Below are positions 15,971-28,124 of a stretch of 64,000 nt of DNA, piece by piece. Location of the stretch: NCBI GenBank assembly GCA_902547215.1, contig CACCNI010000002.1, forward strand, positions 25,216-89,215, written 5' to 3'. The DNA comes from an uncultured Pelagibacteraceae bacterium (GTDB taxonomy: Bacteria > Pseudomonadota > Alphaproteobacteria > Pelagibacterales > Pelagibacteraceae). Below the pieces are notes generated by a model, which was not told the origin of the DNA, ran no database searches, and saw only the letters and a list, made by a program, of their open reading frames with translations. Made by a program: the position numbers and the translations under genes. Position 1 is the stretch's first letter. Every line of letters begins with the position of its first letter.

Positions 15971-17098
15971 CTATCCCGCTAAAAGTTTACGAGCAAAATT
16001 TAATTGATTATCGGTTTCTGTATCAATTCGAAAATCACTCTCTTCTTCTTCAATTGATATATCTGGAGCTACACCAACCTCTGAAATTGATTTTCCTGAG
16101 GGTAAATAATATTTTGAAATTGTTAGTCTAATTGCTCCCTCATTTTTAAGAGGAATTATTGATTGAACAGAACCTTTACCATATGTACTTTCACCAACCA
16201 AAACTGCTCTTTTGTGATCCTTTAATGCTCCCGCAACTATTTCTGATGCTGATGCAGACCCATTATTAATTAAAACTACAAGAGTTTTACCATTTATTAA
16301 ATCTCCACTACTTGCAAACCATTTTCTATTTTCACTTTTTTGTCGGCCCTTGGTAGATACGATTTCTCCATCCTCAAGAAAAAAATCTGATATTTTAATT
16401 GCTTGAGATAATAATCCTCCAGGATTATTCCGTAAGTCAAGGATATAGCTTTCAATTTTTTTATCTCTTTTAAATTTTTTAATCTCAGTTTTGATTTGAC
16501 TACCACTATTTTCATTAAATGACGTCAATCTTAAGTAACCAATTTTTTTATCATAAGTCTTTGATTTCACTGATGCGATTTGAATAATTTCTCTTGTAAT
16601 ATTGAATATTAATGATTTCTTTTTCCCAACTCTTCTAACTGTAATTTCGATACTACTTCCAACTGGTCCTCTCATTAAATCAACGGCTTCAGTCAATGTC
16701 TTTCCTTGTACCTGCGTGTCATTTATTTTCACTATGTAATCACCTGCTTTAACACCAGCTTTGTCAGCTGGAGAATTATCTATTGGAGATATTACTTTTA
16801 CAACACCTGCTTCCATACCGACTTCGATTCCTAATCCCCCAAATTTACCGCTTGTTTCAGTTTCCATTTGTTTAAGATCCTCTGGTGATAAATATGCAGA
16901 ATATGGGTCAAGCGATCTTAAGACTCCATCGATCGCAGCATCCATTGCTTCAGCTTGATCTATCTCTTCAACATATTCTTTGTTGACTTTATCAAGTACT
17001 TCTCCAAATAAATCTACTTTATCGTAAATGTTATCATTATTTGAAAATGCAAGTGTAAACGTATGAAAAAATATAATTACAAAAATAATTATTCTCAT
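15971..17098 (-). CDS. ctpA: Carboxy-terminal processing protease (S41, PDZ domain, signal peptide)
   Basis: GGLGIEV PDZ motif, DLRNNPGG, ASASE catalytic Ser, TYGKGSVQ catalytic Lys. Confidence 0.93.
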   Translation of the reverse strand: MRIIIFVIIFFHTFTLAFSNNDNIYDKVDLFGEVLDKVNKEYVEEIDQAEAMDAAIDGVLRSLDPYSAYLSPEDLKQMETETSGKFGGLGIEVGMEAGVVKVISPIDNSPADKAGVKAGDYIVKINDTQVQGKTLTEAVDLMRGPVGSSIEITVRRVGKKKSLIFNITREIIQIASVKSKTYDKKIGYLRLTSFNENSGSQIKTEIKKFKRDKKIESYILDLRNNPGGLLSQAIKISDFFLEDGEIVSTKGRQKSENRKWFASSGDLINGKTLVVLINNGSASASEIVAGALKDHKRAVLVGESTYGKGSVQSIIPLKNEGAIRLTISKYYLPSGKSISEVGVAPDISIEEEESDFRIDTETDNQLNFARKLLAG

Positions 17099-17448
17099 TA
17101 AACAATAACTTTCTCTTTTGGAATTAACTCAGACCAAATTTTTTCTAATTCATAAAACTTTCTTTTCTCTGGATTAAAAATATGGACTACAATGTCTATT
17201 CCATCTACCAGTTTCCACTCAGCACTATCTTTTCCCTCAATTTTACAATTTTTTAATCCATTAGTTTTAAACTTTTCCAAAACTTGTTCAGAAAGAGACT
17301 GGATATGTCTAGAAGACGTTCCACTTGCAACAATCATATAGTCAGCTATTGAGGATTTATCTTTAAGATCTATAGATACTATGTCTAAAGCCTTATTACT
17401 ATCGAGTGTTTTGATGATGATTTTTTTTAAGTCTAAGTTTTCGGCCAT
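17098..17448 (-). CDS. rsfS: Ribosome silencing factor (Iojap)
   Basis: KALDIVSIDL, SGTSSRH, WKLVD, FYELEKIW. Confidence 0.94.
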   Translation of the reverse strand: MAENLDLKKIIIKTLDSNKALDIVSIDLKDKSSIADYMIVASGTSSRHIQSLSEQVLEKFKTNGLKNCKIEGKDSAEWKLVDGIDIVVHIFNPEKRKFYELEKIWSELIPKEKVIV

Positions 17449-17463
17449 TAATTATTTACCTTA

Positions 17464-17997
17464 TCAAATATTTCTTATTTGAGAAGATGAAATATTTACC
17501 TTATTAAAACTTATGTATTTTAGACCCCTTTTTTTTAAGTTCTTATAAGCCACTGATTCCTTTGATTTTTTTTTGTACCCGCTTCTATCAAAAACTAAAA
17601 TTTTTGCTAACTTTCCAATTTTAGACCAATTGTTCCATTTATGAAAATTTATGAGATTATCAGCTCCCATTATAAAAAAAATTTCGTTACTGCGATTCTT
17701 TTTAAAAAATTTTATAAGCTTAATTGTCTTATTAGATTTAATTTTTTTTTCATAAAAACCCACAGTCACATACTTTGTTTTTTTTGTTAAACTCCTTGCA
17801 ATTTGGACTCTTTTTTTAAGGCTATAAAAACTTTTACTTTTAAAAGGGTTTTTTTCAGTGATAGCCCATACAATTTTGTCTAATTTGAATAATTTTTTAG
17901 CAACTTTAGAAATTTTTAAATGCCCTTTGTGAGCAGGATCAAAAGTTCCACCAAGAATACCTAGTCTAACTTTTTTTTTAAGATCGTATTTGGCCAT
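17464..17997 (-). CDS. nadD: Nicotinate-nucleotide adenylyltransferase
   Basis: GGTFDPAHKGH, IMGADN, ISSSQIR. Confidence 0.93.
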   Translation of the reverse strand: MAKYDLKKKVRLGILGGTFDPAHKGHLKISKVAKKLFKLDKIVWAITEKNPFKSKSFYSLKKRVQIARSLTKKTKYVTVGFYEKKIKSNKTIKLIKFFKKNRSNEIFFIMGADNLINFHKWNNWSKIGKLAKILVFDRSGYKKKSKESVAYKNLKKRGLKYISFNKVNISSSQIRNI

Positions 17998-19224
17998 TTC
18001 CTATTACTTCATATTTATAAGTTACAAGTTGATTTAAACCAACAGGACCTCTAGGTGGTAATTTATTAGTTGATATACCTACTTCGCCACCAAAGCCAAG
18101 TTCAGCTCCATCTGCAAATTGAGTCGATGAATTATGAATTAATATTGAACTTTTCACATTTTCAAAAAAGTATTTTGTATTTTTTTTATTATTAGAAATA
18201 ATTGCCTCAGTATGTGAGGTACCATACTTATTAATATGTTCGACGGCATCCTCTACACTGTTGACTTTTTTTACAGAAATTTTTAATGACAAGTATTCGG
18301 TCGACCAATCTTTTGATGTTGCTTTATGAATTTTTTTTGGAGAAATTTTTCTGATAGTATTGTCAGCATATATCTCACAATTATTTTTTAATAAATCATT
18401 AATAATTAAATTGATTTTTTCGCTAGAGAGCTTTCTATGAACAAGCAATGTCTCTGTAGCACCACAAATTCCAGGGTTTCTTAATTTTGCATTTAATATA
18501 ATTTTACTTGCCATTTTGTGATTTACGTTTTCATCTACAAAGGTATGACATAAACCTTCAAGATGTCCTATGGTGGGTATATTTGAATATTTTTTTACCT
18601 TTTTTACTAGATTTTTGCCGCCTCTTGGAATTATTACATCAATGTAAGACTCCATTTTAGACAATAAAAAATCTACCACTTTTCTATTTTTTTTTTCAAT
18701 AAATTGAACAAAATTTACATCTACCTTATTTTTCTTAAGAGCTTTTCTGAATAAGTTTGAGATAATTTTATTAGAATTAAAAGCTTCTGAACCTCCTTTT
18801 AATATTACACTATTTCCAGATTTAAAACATAAAGAAGAGACGTCTGAAGTTACGTTTGGTCTACTTTCATAAATAACTCCAATTACCCCAATAGGAATAG
18901 TAACTTTTTTAACCTTTAATTTGTTAGGTCGACTCCATTTAGAAACCACCCTATTAACCGGGTCTTTGAGTTTAATTATTTCTAATACAGATTTCCTGAT
19001 ACCTTCAATCTTTTTATCATTAAGCTCTAATCTATTTATTAAGTTAATATCAAGTTTTTTTTGTTTAGCTATCTTCAGGTCCTTTAAATTTTCTTTTAAA
19101 ATTTTGTCATTATATTTAGTTAATAGGCTCACATAATCTTTTAAAATTTTATTTTTTTTTTCTTTATCAATAATTTTTAATCCTGCCTTAACTGCGTTTA
19201 TCCCAATTCTATTTAAATAATTTT

Positions 19225-19228
<4 letters not shown>
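17978..19228 (-). CDS. proA: Gamma-glutamyl phosphate reductase
   Basis: IYESRPNV, IIPRGG, catalytic Cys in ICGATETLL, RGPVGL. Confidence 0.95.
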
Positions 19229-21322
<2,094 letters not shown>

Positions 21323-21337
21323 TTAGTTGTTTGGATA

Positions 21338-21592
21338 TTAATTGGGTTTTACTGAAACGTAAGTCCTATCAGACTTTGATTTTTTGAAAATAACTTTCCC
21401 TTTTATAACCGAAAAGATTGAATGATCTTTCCCCATACCAACATTTTGACCAGGGAAAATTTTTGTTCCCCTTTGTCTAACAATAATATTTCCAGGCACT
21501 ACAAACTGACCCCCATATTTTTTGACTCCTAGACGTCTGCCCGCACTATCTCTTCCGTTCCTTGACGATCCACCTGCTTTTTTTGTTGCCAT
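21338..21592 (-). CDS. rpmA: 50S ribosomal protein L27
   Basis: [26 protein letters not shown]. Confidence 0.98.
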   Translation of the reverse strand: MATKKAGGSSRNGRDSAGRRLGVKKYGGQFVVPGNIIVRQRGTKIFPGQNVGMGKDHSIFSVIKGKVIFKKSKSDRTYVSVKPN

Positions 21593-21996
21593 TATTTAAC
21601 TTTAGTTGTTGTTTTTTTTTCTTCTTTTTTTTTGATTACTTTAGTAATTTTCTCTGCCTCAGACAAGACCTTTCCATCTTTTGACATAATTTTGTTTACT
21701 CTAATTAATGAAAATTGCTGTCTGTGACCGTTTTTTCTTCTTGAATTTTTACGTCTACGTTTTTTAAATATTAAAACAGTTCTATTTTTTGAATTTTTTA
21801 ATAATTCAGCCTCAACTTTTGCACCAGAAACAACAGGGTTACCTAACTCAATATTTTTGTCATCTCCGTAAGCCAAAATCTCTTTGAATTCTATTTTACT
21901 ATTTGGTTTACCTTCTGGAAATTTTTCAATTTTTAAAATTTCTCCAGCTTTGACTTTGTACTGTTTCCCACCTGTTTGTATGACTGCAAATGACAT
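21592..21996 (-). CDS. rplU: 50S ribosomal protein L21 (likely start ATG 21996; Lys-rich C-terminal extension)
   Basis: [17 protein letters not shown]; the upstream TTG at 22023 falls inside the predicted promoter. Confidence 0.96.
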   Translation of the reverse strand: MSFAVIQTGGKQYKVKAGEILKIEKFPEGKPNSKIEFKEILAYGDDKNIELGNPVVSGAKVEAELLKNSKNRTVLIFKKRRRKNSRRKNGHRQQFSLIRVNKIMSKDGKVLSEAEKITKVIKKKEEKKTTTKVK

Positions 21997-22021
21997 AAAA
22001 GTATTTTCTAAATTATGCTGC

Positions 22022-22049
22022 AATATAGTTATAAGGTATTTATAGTCAA
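22022..22049 (-). promoter_or_regulatory. Putative sigma70 promoter of the rplU-rpmA-obg operon
   Basis: Minus strand TTGACT-N16-TATATT about 25 nt upstream of the rplU ATG. Confidence 0.5.
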
Positions 22050-22059
22050 GTTATATCGA

Positions 22060-22779
22060 TTAAAAATTATCCTTTAAATCCCTTAATTTTGAAAATTCTT
22101 CCTGATTTTTTGCCCTTAAAAAAATGTTGCAATTCAATTCATCTTTTATTGTAGATGGCACAGAGGGAAAACCACTATCCAATTTTTTTTTAATGCTAAG
22201 AATCTTTTTATTAAGTTCAGAATTGTTTTGATCAAATCTTTGACAAAAAATTGCATTATTCAACGTATATTCGTGTCCAAAGTACACTTTTGTTTCAGGA
22301 GGTAAAACTTTTAATCTTAATAATGAATTAAACATATCTTCATAGCTCCCCTCAAAAATTCTTCCACACCCCAAAGAAAACAATGTATCTCCAGTAAAAA
22401 CTGTTTTTTCGTTAAAAAAATGAAAGCATATATGTCCAGAAGTGTGCCCAGGTACATGAATTACTTTAAATTCAAATATATCATCCTTCCAAACCTGATT
22501 ATCTTTTAAGGGAATATCAATAATAGGAATTCTATCTTTATCATCTTCAAAGGCTAGAATTTTTGCATCAAACTTGCTTTTAAGGATATTATTTCCACCA
22601 ATATGATCATCATGATGATGAGTATTTAGAATGTATTTTAAATTTAAATTATTTTTTTTGATATACTCTAATACTGGTTTAGCCTCTCCAGGATCTACCA
22701 CGCAAGTATCCAGGTTTTTTTCATTGATTAGCAAATATGAAAAATTGTCAGTAAGACATTTAATTATTTCAATTTTCAC
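22060..22779 (-). CDS. gloB: Hydroxyacylglutathione hydrolase (glyoxalase II)
   Basis: THHHDDHIGG, PGHTSGH, GDTLFSLGCGR, GHEYT. Confidence 0.95.
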   Translation of the reverse strand: MKIEIIKCLTDNFSYLLINEKNLDTCVVDPGEAKPVLEYIKKNNLNLKYILNTHHHDDHIGGNNILKSKFDAKILAFEDDKDRIPIIDIPLKDNQVWKDDIFEFKVIHVPGHTSGHICFHFFNEKTVFTGDTLFSLGCGRIFEGSYEDMFNSLLRLKVLPPETKVYFGHEYTLNNAIFCQRFDQNNSELNKKILSIKKKLDSGFPSVPSTIKDELNCNIFLRAKNQEEFSKLRDLKDNF

Positions 22780-22780
22780 T

Positions 22781-23335
22781 TTATTTCTCTAGTATAAAAA
22801 TTCCTAATTCAGAAAATAAATTCTGAAATTTTAAATTTTTTAAATTAATCTTAATATTTCTTTGCTTACAATAATTTTCAAAATCTTTAATTGTACACAT
22901 ATGCAAGTTTGGGGTATTATACCATTCATTAGGTAAATTTTCTGTAACTGGCATTGTGCCTTTTAAAAGTAAATGAAGTCTTACTTTCCAGTGTCCAAAA
23001 TTTGGGATTGATACAATTGCTTTTTTGCCAACCCTTAGTAATTCATTCAATACATTTTCTGGATCTAAGAAAGCTTGTAAAGTTTGACTTAGAATTACAA
23101 AATCAAAAGAGTTATCTGGAAATTGCCTTAAATCTTTTTCTGCATCACCCTCAATGACAGTTAAACCTTTTTCAACACACTTTTGAACATTTGATTTTGA
23201 TAATTCAATTCCCCTTATATCTTCACTTATATTTTCAGTTATATATTTCATTAATTCGCCATTCCCACATCCTACATCTAAAATTTTGGCGTTTTTTGTC
23301 ACTAAGTTTGCGATATTATAAAATTCTTTTTTCAT
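22781..23335 (-). CDS. metW: Methionine biosynthesis protein MetW
   Basis: LDVGCGNG, SQTLQA, PNFGHW, WYNTPNLH; coupled to metX. Confidence 0.93.
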   Translation of the reverse strand: MKKEFYNIANLVTKNAKILDVGCGNGELMKYITENISEDIRGIELSKSNVQKCVEKGLTVIEGDAEKDLRQFPDNSFDFVILSQTLQAFLDPENVLNELLRVGKKAIVSIPNFGHWKVRLHLLLKGTMPVTENLPNEWYNTPNLHMCTIKDFENYCKQRNIKINLKNLKFQNLFSELGIFILEK

Positions 23336-24453
23336 TAAATTTTCTCATAAGATTTGTTTAAAAAATTCCTCACAGTGTTGAGGAAGTCTGGAACATCAAG
23401 TAAAAATGAGTCATGTCCCTTGTCAGATGCAATTTCAACAAATCCAACGTCTTTACCAATAGCATTAAGTGCTATCACTATTTCTCTGTTTTCAGATGTT
23501 GGATAAAGCCAGTCTGATGTAAAAGATATAATAAAAAATTTTGTATTACTTTTTTCAAAAGCTTTGGATAGATTTCCCCCAAACTTTTTTATTAAGTCAA
23601 AATAATCCATGGCTCTTGTGATATATAAATAGCTATTTGCATCAAACCTATCCACAAAAACTGAGCCTTGATATCTTAAATAACTTTCTATTTGAAAGTC
23701 AGCATCAAAGCTAAATTTTAAATCATCTCTTTCTTGCAGCTTTCTACCAAACTTTTCTTGAAGACCTGCTTTAGACAAATAAGTAATGTGCGCTGCCATT
23801 CTTGCAACTGCAAGACCTTTATCTGGCTGTTTATTTTGTTCTTCATAAAACCCATCCTGCCAGTTCCTATCTGCCATTATAGACTGTCTACCAAGTTCAT
23901 TAAGAGCAATATTTTGAGCTGAATGACTTGCAGTGCAGGCAATTGGTATTGCGGTATGAGCCTTGTTTGGGAAGTTAGATACAAACTGAAGGACTTGCAT
24001 TCCACCCATAGATCCTCCAATTACGCAGAATAATTTTTCAATTTTAAAATATTCTAAAAGGTTATATTGAGCATTAACCATATCATTTATTGTGATTACA
24101 GGAAAATTAGTTCCGTAAGGTTTTTTTGTTTTCGGATTTATATCACTTGGTCCAAAAGAACCCATACAGCCACCAATAACGTTAGCTGCAATCACAAAAA
24201 ATTTATCAGTATCAATAGCTTTACCGGGTCCAAGGGCGTAATTCCACCAACCGTCTTTCTTAGTAATTGGATTAGTTCCCGAAGCAAACTGGTCTCCTGT
24301 TAGTGCATGAAAAACTAAAATAGCATTATCTTTTTTATCATTTAATTTCCCATAAGTTTCATAAGCTAATGGAAAATCACTTATTGTCTGACCACAATCA
24401 AGCTTCAACGGTTTTTTTACCAATAAAGTTTTTATTTTATCTTTTTCACTCAT
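23335..24453 (-). CDS. metX: Homoserine O-acyltransferase (MetX family; acetyl vs succinyl specificity not determinable here)
   Basis: HALTGD, GGSMGG nucleophile Ser, SDWLYP, GHDSFL. Confidence 0.95.
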   Translation of the reverse strand: MSEKDKIKTLLVKKPLKLDCGQTISDFPLAYETYGKLNDKKDNAILVFHALTGDQFASGTNPITKKDGWWNYALGPGKAIDTDKFFVIAANVIGGCMGSFGPSDINPKTKKPYGTNFPVITINDMVNAQYNLLEYFKIEKLFCVIGGSMGGMQVLQFVSNFPNKAHTAIPIACTASHSAQNIALNELGRQSIMADRNWQDGFYEEQNKQPDKGLAVARMAAHITYLSKAGLQEKFGRKLQERDDLKFSFDADFQIESYLRYQGSVFVDRFDANSYLYITRAMDYFDLIKKFGGNLSKAFEKSNTKFFIISFTSDWLYPTSENREIVIALNAIGKDVGFVEIASDKGHDSFLLDVPDFLNTVRNFLNKSYEKI

Positions 24454-24484
24454 AGTTTTTTTGTGAATTGTGAGGAAAAAAAAA

Positions 24485-24533
24485 CTTATTTAGCGGTTTT
24501 TTTATAGCGCTCGCAATTCAGTTAAATCAGCGC
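24485..24533 (-). ncRNA. SAM-II riboswitch
   Basis: Minus strand GCGC-UGAUUUAA-CUGAAUUGC-GA-GCGC-UAUAAAAAAACC-GCUAAAUAAG matches the SAM-II H-type pseudoknot: P1 is GCGC/GCGC, the UGAUUU loop is conserved, and P2 pairs CUGAAUUGC with GC(U)AAAUAAG. It lies directly upstream of metX. Confidence 0.92.
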
Positions 24534-24539
24534 AAAATG

Positions 24540-24568
24540 CTTTTATAACATGTTACTATTTATGTCAA
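24540..24568 (-). promoter_or_regulatory. sigma70 promoter of metX
   Basis: TTGACA-N17-TAAAAG; the predicted start site coincides with the 5' end of the riboswitch. Confidence 0.7.
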
Positions 24569-24629
24569 TTAAATCTCACAGAGGGTTAATTTTATTTAAA
24601 TAACCAGTATATTATTTATATATATCATT

Positions 24630-25709
24630 ATGCAAAAATTAAATTATAGAAAAATAAATGTTCAAAGCTATGTACCTGGTAAGTCTAATATTTTTAGAAA
24701 AAAAAATATTATTAAACTATCTGCAAATGAATCAGCACTTGGCCAATCACCTAAATCCAGAAAGATAATTTCAAGTATAAAAAAGCTTGATAAATATCCA
24801 GATAGCAAAACAAGAACTTTAAGGAGAGAAATCTCACAAAAATTTAAATGTAATTTTGATCAAATTATTTGTGGCTCAGGATCTGATGAAGTCATACAAT
24901 TATTGTGCCAATTATTTTTACAAAAAAAAGATGAGGTGATTGTTCCTCAGTACAGTTTTTTAATGTATAGGATATACAGCAACATAATTGGCTCAAAAGT
25001 AATTTTTTCCAGGGAAAATAAATTTAAAGTTTCAGTTAAGGGAATTCTGGATAAAGTTTCGAATAAAACAAAAATTGTTTTTTTAGCTAATCCTAATAAT
25101 CCAACAGGTACTTATTTAACAAAAATAGAGCTTCTTGAATTAAGAAAAAAACTTAGACAAAATATTCTTCTTGTAATTGATGATGCTTACTATGAATACA
25201 TGGTAAATAAAGATTACAAATCTGGATTAGAATTATTTAAAAATAAAAAAAATGTATTTGTTCTAAGGACATTTTCAAAAATATACGGCTTAGCTTCACT
25301 AAGAATAGGTTGGGGTTATGGCTCTAAAGAAATTGTAAGAGAACTTCTTAAAATTAAACCACCATTCAATATAAATAAAATTGCAGAAATGGCAGCTGTC
25401 GAGGCTTTAAAGGATAAGTCTTTTGTTTCAAAATCTATCAAACATAATTTAAAATGGGCCATTAGAATTAAAAAAACTTTGGAAAATTATAAAATTCAAA
25501 CTAATAAAGTTTCAGCGAATTTCCTTTTGTTAGATTTTGATTATTGCAAATACTCTGCAATTAGAATAAAAAAATCACTTGAAAAAAAAGGAATACTTTT
25601 AAGAAGTTTAGAAGCATATAGACTTAAAAACAAACTAAGGTTAACTATCGGAAATACCAGAGAAAATATTCTTCTTCTAAAAACTCTAGGAAAAATATTT
25701 AAAAAATGA
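24630..25709 (+). CDS. hisC: Histidinol-phosphate aminotransferase
   Basis: KLSANE, GSDE, NPNNPTG, DDAY, RTFSKIYGLASLRIG. Confidence 0.94.
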   Translation: MQKLNYRKINVQSYVPGKSNIFRKKNIIKLSANESALGQSPKSRKIISSIKKLDKYPDSKTRTLRREISQKFKCNFDQIICGSGSDEVIQLLCQLFLQKKDEVIVPQYSFLMYRIYSNIIGSKVIFSRENKFKVSVKGILDKVSNKTKIVFLANPNNPTGTYLTKIELLELRKKLRQNILLVIDDAYYEYMVNKDYKSGLELFKNKKNVFVLRTFSKIYGLASLRIGWGYGSKEIVRELLKIKPPFNINKIAEMAAVEALKDKSFVSKSIKHNLKWAIRIKKTLENYKIQTNKVSANFLLLDFDYCKYSAIRIKKSLEKKGILLRSLEAYRLKNKLRLTIGNTRENILLLKTLGKIFKK

Positions 25710-26602
25710 TCAATAAATTACTAATTGTAGGCTGTGGTTTAATAGGGTCATCAATATTAAAGAAAGTTTGCAAAAAAAGAATTGCAAAAAAAATTCTTGT
25801 TTTTGAAAAATCAAAAAAAAATCAAAAAGTGCTAAAGAGATTTAAGCTAAAATTTGAAACAATTAAAAGAATAGATAAAAAAATATCTACATGTGATTTT
25901 ATTATCATCTGTACTCCATTAAGTGAATATAGAAAAATTTTTTTAGCATGTAATAAATACTCAAAAAAAAATATATTGATCACTGATGTCGGCTCTGCAA
26001 AAAGAGATACAATTACTAAAATAAATAGAATTAAAAGAAAAGATATTAACTGGATTTCAAGTCATCCAATAGCAGGATCTGAAGTATCTGGACCATTAAA
26101 TGGTAATGAAAATCTATTTGTTAATAAATGGTCAGTAATAATAAAACAAAAAAACTCAGAAACCAAAGGAATGAAAAAAATATTGAAATTTTGGAAACTA
26201 CTTGGCTCAAAAACAGTTACTATGGATGCAGATCAACATGATAAAATATTTGCAATAACAAGTCATTTACCACATTTAATTGCTTACAATTTAATTTTGA
26301 CAGCGACTAATTTTAAAATTTCAAATAAAGACAATGTTCTTAGATTCAGTGCTGGAGGATTAAGGGATTTTTCTAGAATTGCTGCTTCAAATGAAATCAT
26401 GTGGAGAGATATATTTTTTAACAATAAATCAAATATGCTTAAAGTGATCGATCTTTTTATTAAAAATTTAAAAATATTTAAACAAGATATAAAATTAAAT
26501 AGAAAGAATTTAGAAACAAAATTGAAAAATTTAAAAAAGGTAAGACAAAAGATAGTTTTATTAAAACAAGATACATCAAAACCAGATTTTGGAAGAATTT
26601 AA
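25706..26602 (+). CDS. tyrA: Prephenate/cyclohexadienyl dehydrogenase (TyrA/TyrC family)
   Basis: GCGLIGSS, DVGSAK, HPIAGSE, SHLPH, RIAAS; usual hisC neighbour. Confidence 0.92.
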   Translation: MINKLLIVGCGLIGSSILKKVCKKRIAKKILVFEKSKKNQKVLKRFKLKFETIKRIDKKISTCDFIIICTPLSEYRKIFLACNKYSKKNILITDVGSAKRDTITKINRIKRKDINWISSHPIAGSEVSGPLNGNENLFVNKWSVIIKQKNSETKGMKKILKFWKLLGSKTVTMDADQHDKIFAITSHLPHLIAYNLILTATNFKISNKDNVLRFSAGGLRDFSRIAASNEIMWRDIFFNNKSNMLKVIDLFIKNLKIFKQDIKLNRKNLETKLKNLKKVRQKIVLLKQDTSKPDFGRI

Positions 26603-26603
26603 T

Positions 26604-28124
26604 CTAAAACTCTTTAACTAAATCTCCAATCATGCTCTTGTAATTTTTGATGGTATTGGAAACTTTTTTACTTATTGGTTTGTTTGCCTGATCAAAACTT
26701 AATGTTCTTATTACACGTGAACTCTTGTGGTGGCTCATAACATTTTCATCCCATTTCAAATTACAAAAATTTAAAATTTTTTCAATTTGAGCTTTTGGAT
26801 TTTCTAACAAGGTTTCATAATTTAGATTGAAAATATTTTTAGGGAATTCATTTTGCCAAAATTTCATTGTATTTAAATAAAGTTTATAAAATTTAGTGAT
26901 ATCCTTAAAGTCATTCACAAACTCTGTTTTAATTGGAAAATAATTTTTATAAATTGACCAACAGTTATCTAAAGGGTCTCGAGTGCAATTAATTATTCTG
27001 GCTTTTGGAAACAAACTTAAGATCAATCCTATATTATAAAAGTTTAATAATTCTTTATCTGTAAAAAAAGAAGATGAATCATTTAACTCTGATATTAAAG
27101 AAAGATAATCATTTCTATAATTATCGATTGAAGAGACATCAATCTTTTTCTCATTTATTATTTTGTTAGCAATTTCCTGTATGTACTGTATCTCACCCCC
27201 ACCAAATACGTTTTTATGGGACGAAAGTATTTGTTCAATCAACGAAGAACCTGAGCGCGGCATACCCACAATAAATATTAAATTTCTGTGAGTCTCAGAT
27301 GATTTTAAATGTTTAATCTTTTTGTATAGATTTATGTAATTATTAATCTTTTTTTCATCTTTACTAAAGTTATATTTTGTCTCCTTTTTTATCAATTCGT
27401 TTCCTATCTTCAAAAATTTAAAAGCATTCTTATAATCTTGAATGTCTTCATAAGCTTTATGAACTCCATAATAGAGATGTATTTTTTCTAAATTATTTAA
27501 ATCCTTATCATTTATTTTCTTTAGCATTTCATTTAAGTGAGGGTCGTTTTTGACGTATTTATGAACCAAAGAATATTGACGATCAGCATCAGTTAATTTT
27601 TTATTCAATTCTAGTATTTTTTTACAATATTTTTTCGACTCCTCTTTTTGATTAGTAATTCTATAAATGCCAACTAGATTAAATAAGGCTGGAACAGCAT
27701 CTTTTTGTATGCTTAAAACTTTTTTATAATATTCTATCGACTCTTCAATTTTATTAGTATCTCTTTTTAAATTTCCCAAATTATTAAGAATATGAAGATG
27801 ATTGTTGTCTATTTCTAAACCTTTTTCATAATATTTTTTTGCTATTGAATATTTGTGTAACTTATAAAAACATGTGCCTATATTATTTAGGAAATTTGGA
27901 TGATTGGGATTCAAAGCTAACGCTTCTCTCATAACATCTATTGATTTTTCAATTTCCCCATTCTTCTGGTAAGCAATACTTAATAAGTTAAAAAATAATT
28001 GGTGCTTTCTTTTTTTAAGTATTTTTTTGCATTCTCTTATAACTTCTAAAAAATTTCCTTTGACAAATTTTCGGTAAGATTGATCATATTTTTTTTTTAA
28101 TAAATCATCTGATATTATATTCAT
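26604..28124 (-). CDS. TPR-repeat protein with C-terminal PAPS-dependent sulfotransferase domain
   Basis: Several TPR-like units (NNIG, NNLG, FNLV); GMPRSGSS 5'-PSB loop and RDPLDNCWS 3'-PB motif. Confidence 0.88.
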   Translation of the reverse strand: MNIISDDLLKKKYDQSYRKFVKGNFLEVIRECKKILKKRKHQLFFNLLSIAYQKNGEIEKSIDVMREALALNPNHPNFLNNIGTCFYKLHKYSIAKKYYEKGLEIDNNHLHILNNLGNLKRDTNKIEESIEYYKKVLSIQKDAVPALFNLVGIYRITNQKEESKKYCKKILELNKKLTDADRQYSLVHKYVKNDPHLNEMLKKINDKDLNNLEKIHLYYGVHKAYEDIQDYKNAFKFLKIGNELIKKETKYNFSKDEKKINNYINLYKKIKHLKSSETHRNLIFIVGMPRSGSSLIEQILSSHKNVFGGGEIQYIQEIANKIINEKKIDVSSIDNYRNDYLSLISELNDSSSFFTDKELLNFYNIGLILSLFPKARIINCTRDPLDNCWSIYKNYFPIKTEFVNDFKDITKFYKLYLNTMKFWQNEFPKNIFNLNYETLLENPKAQIEKILNFCNLKWDENVMSHHKSSRVIRTLSFDQANKPISKKVSNTIKNYKSMIGDLVKEF

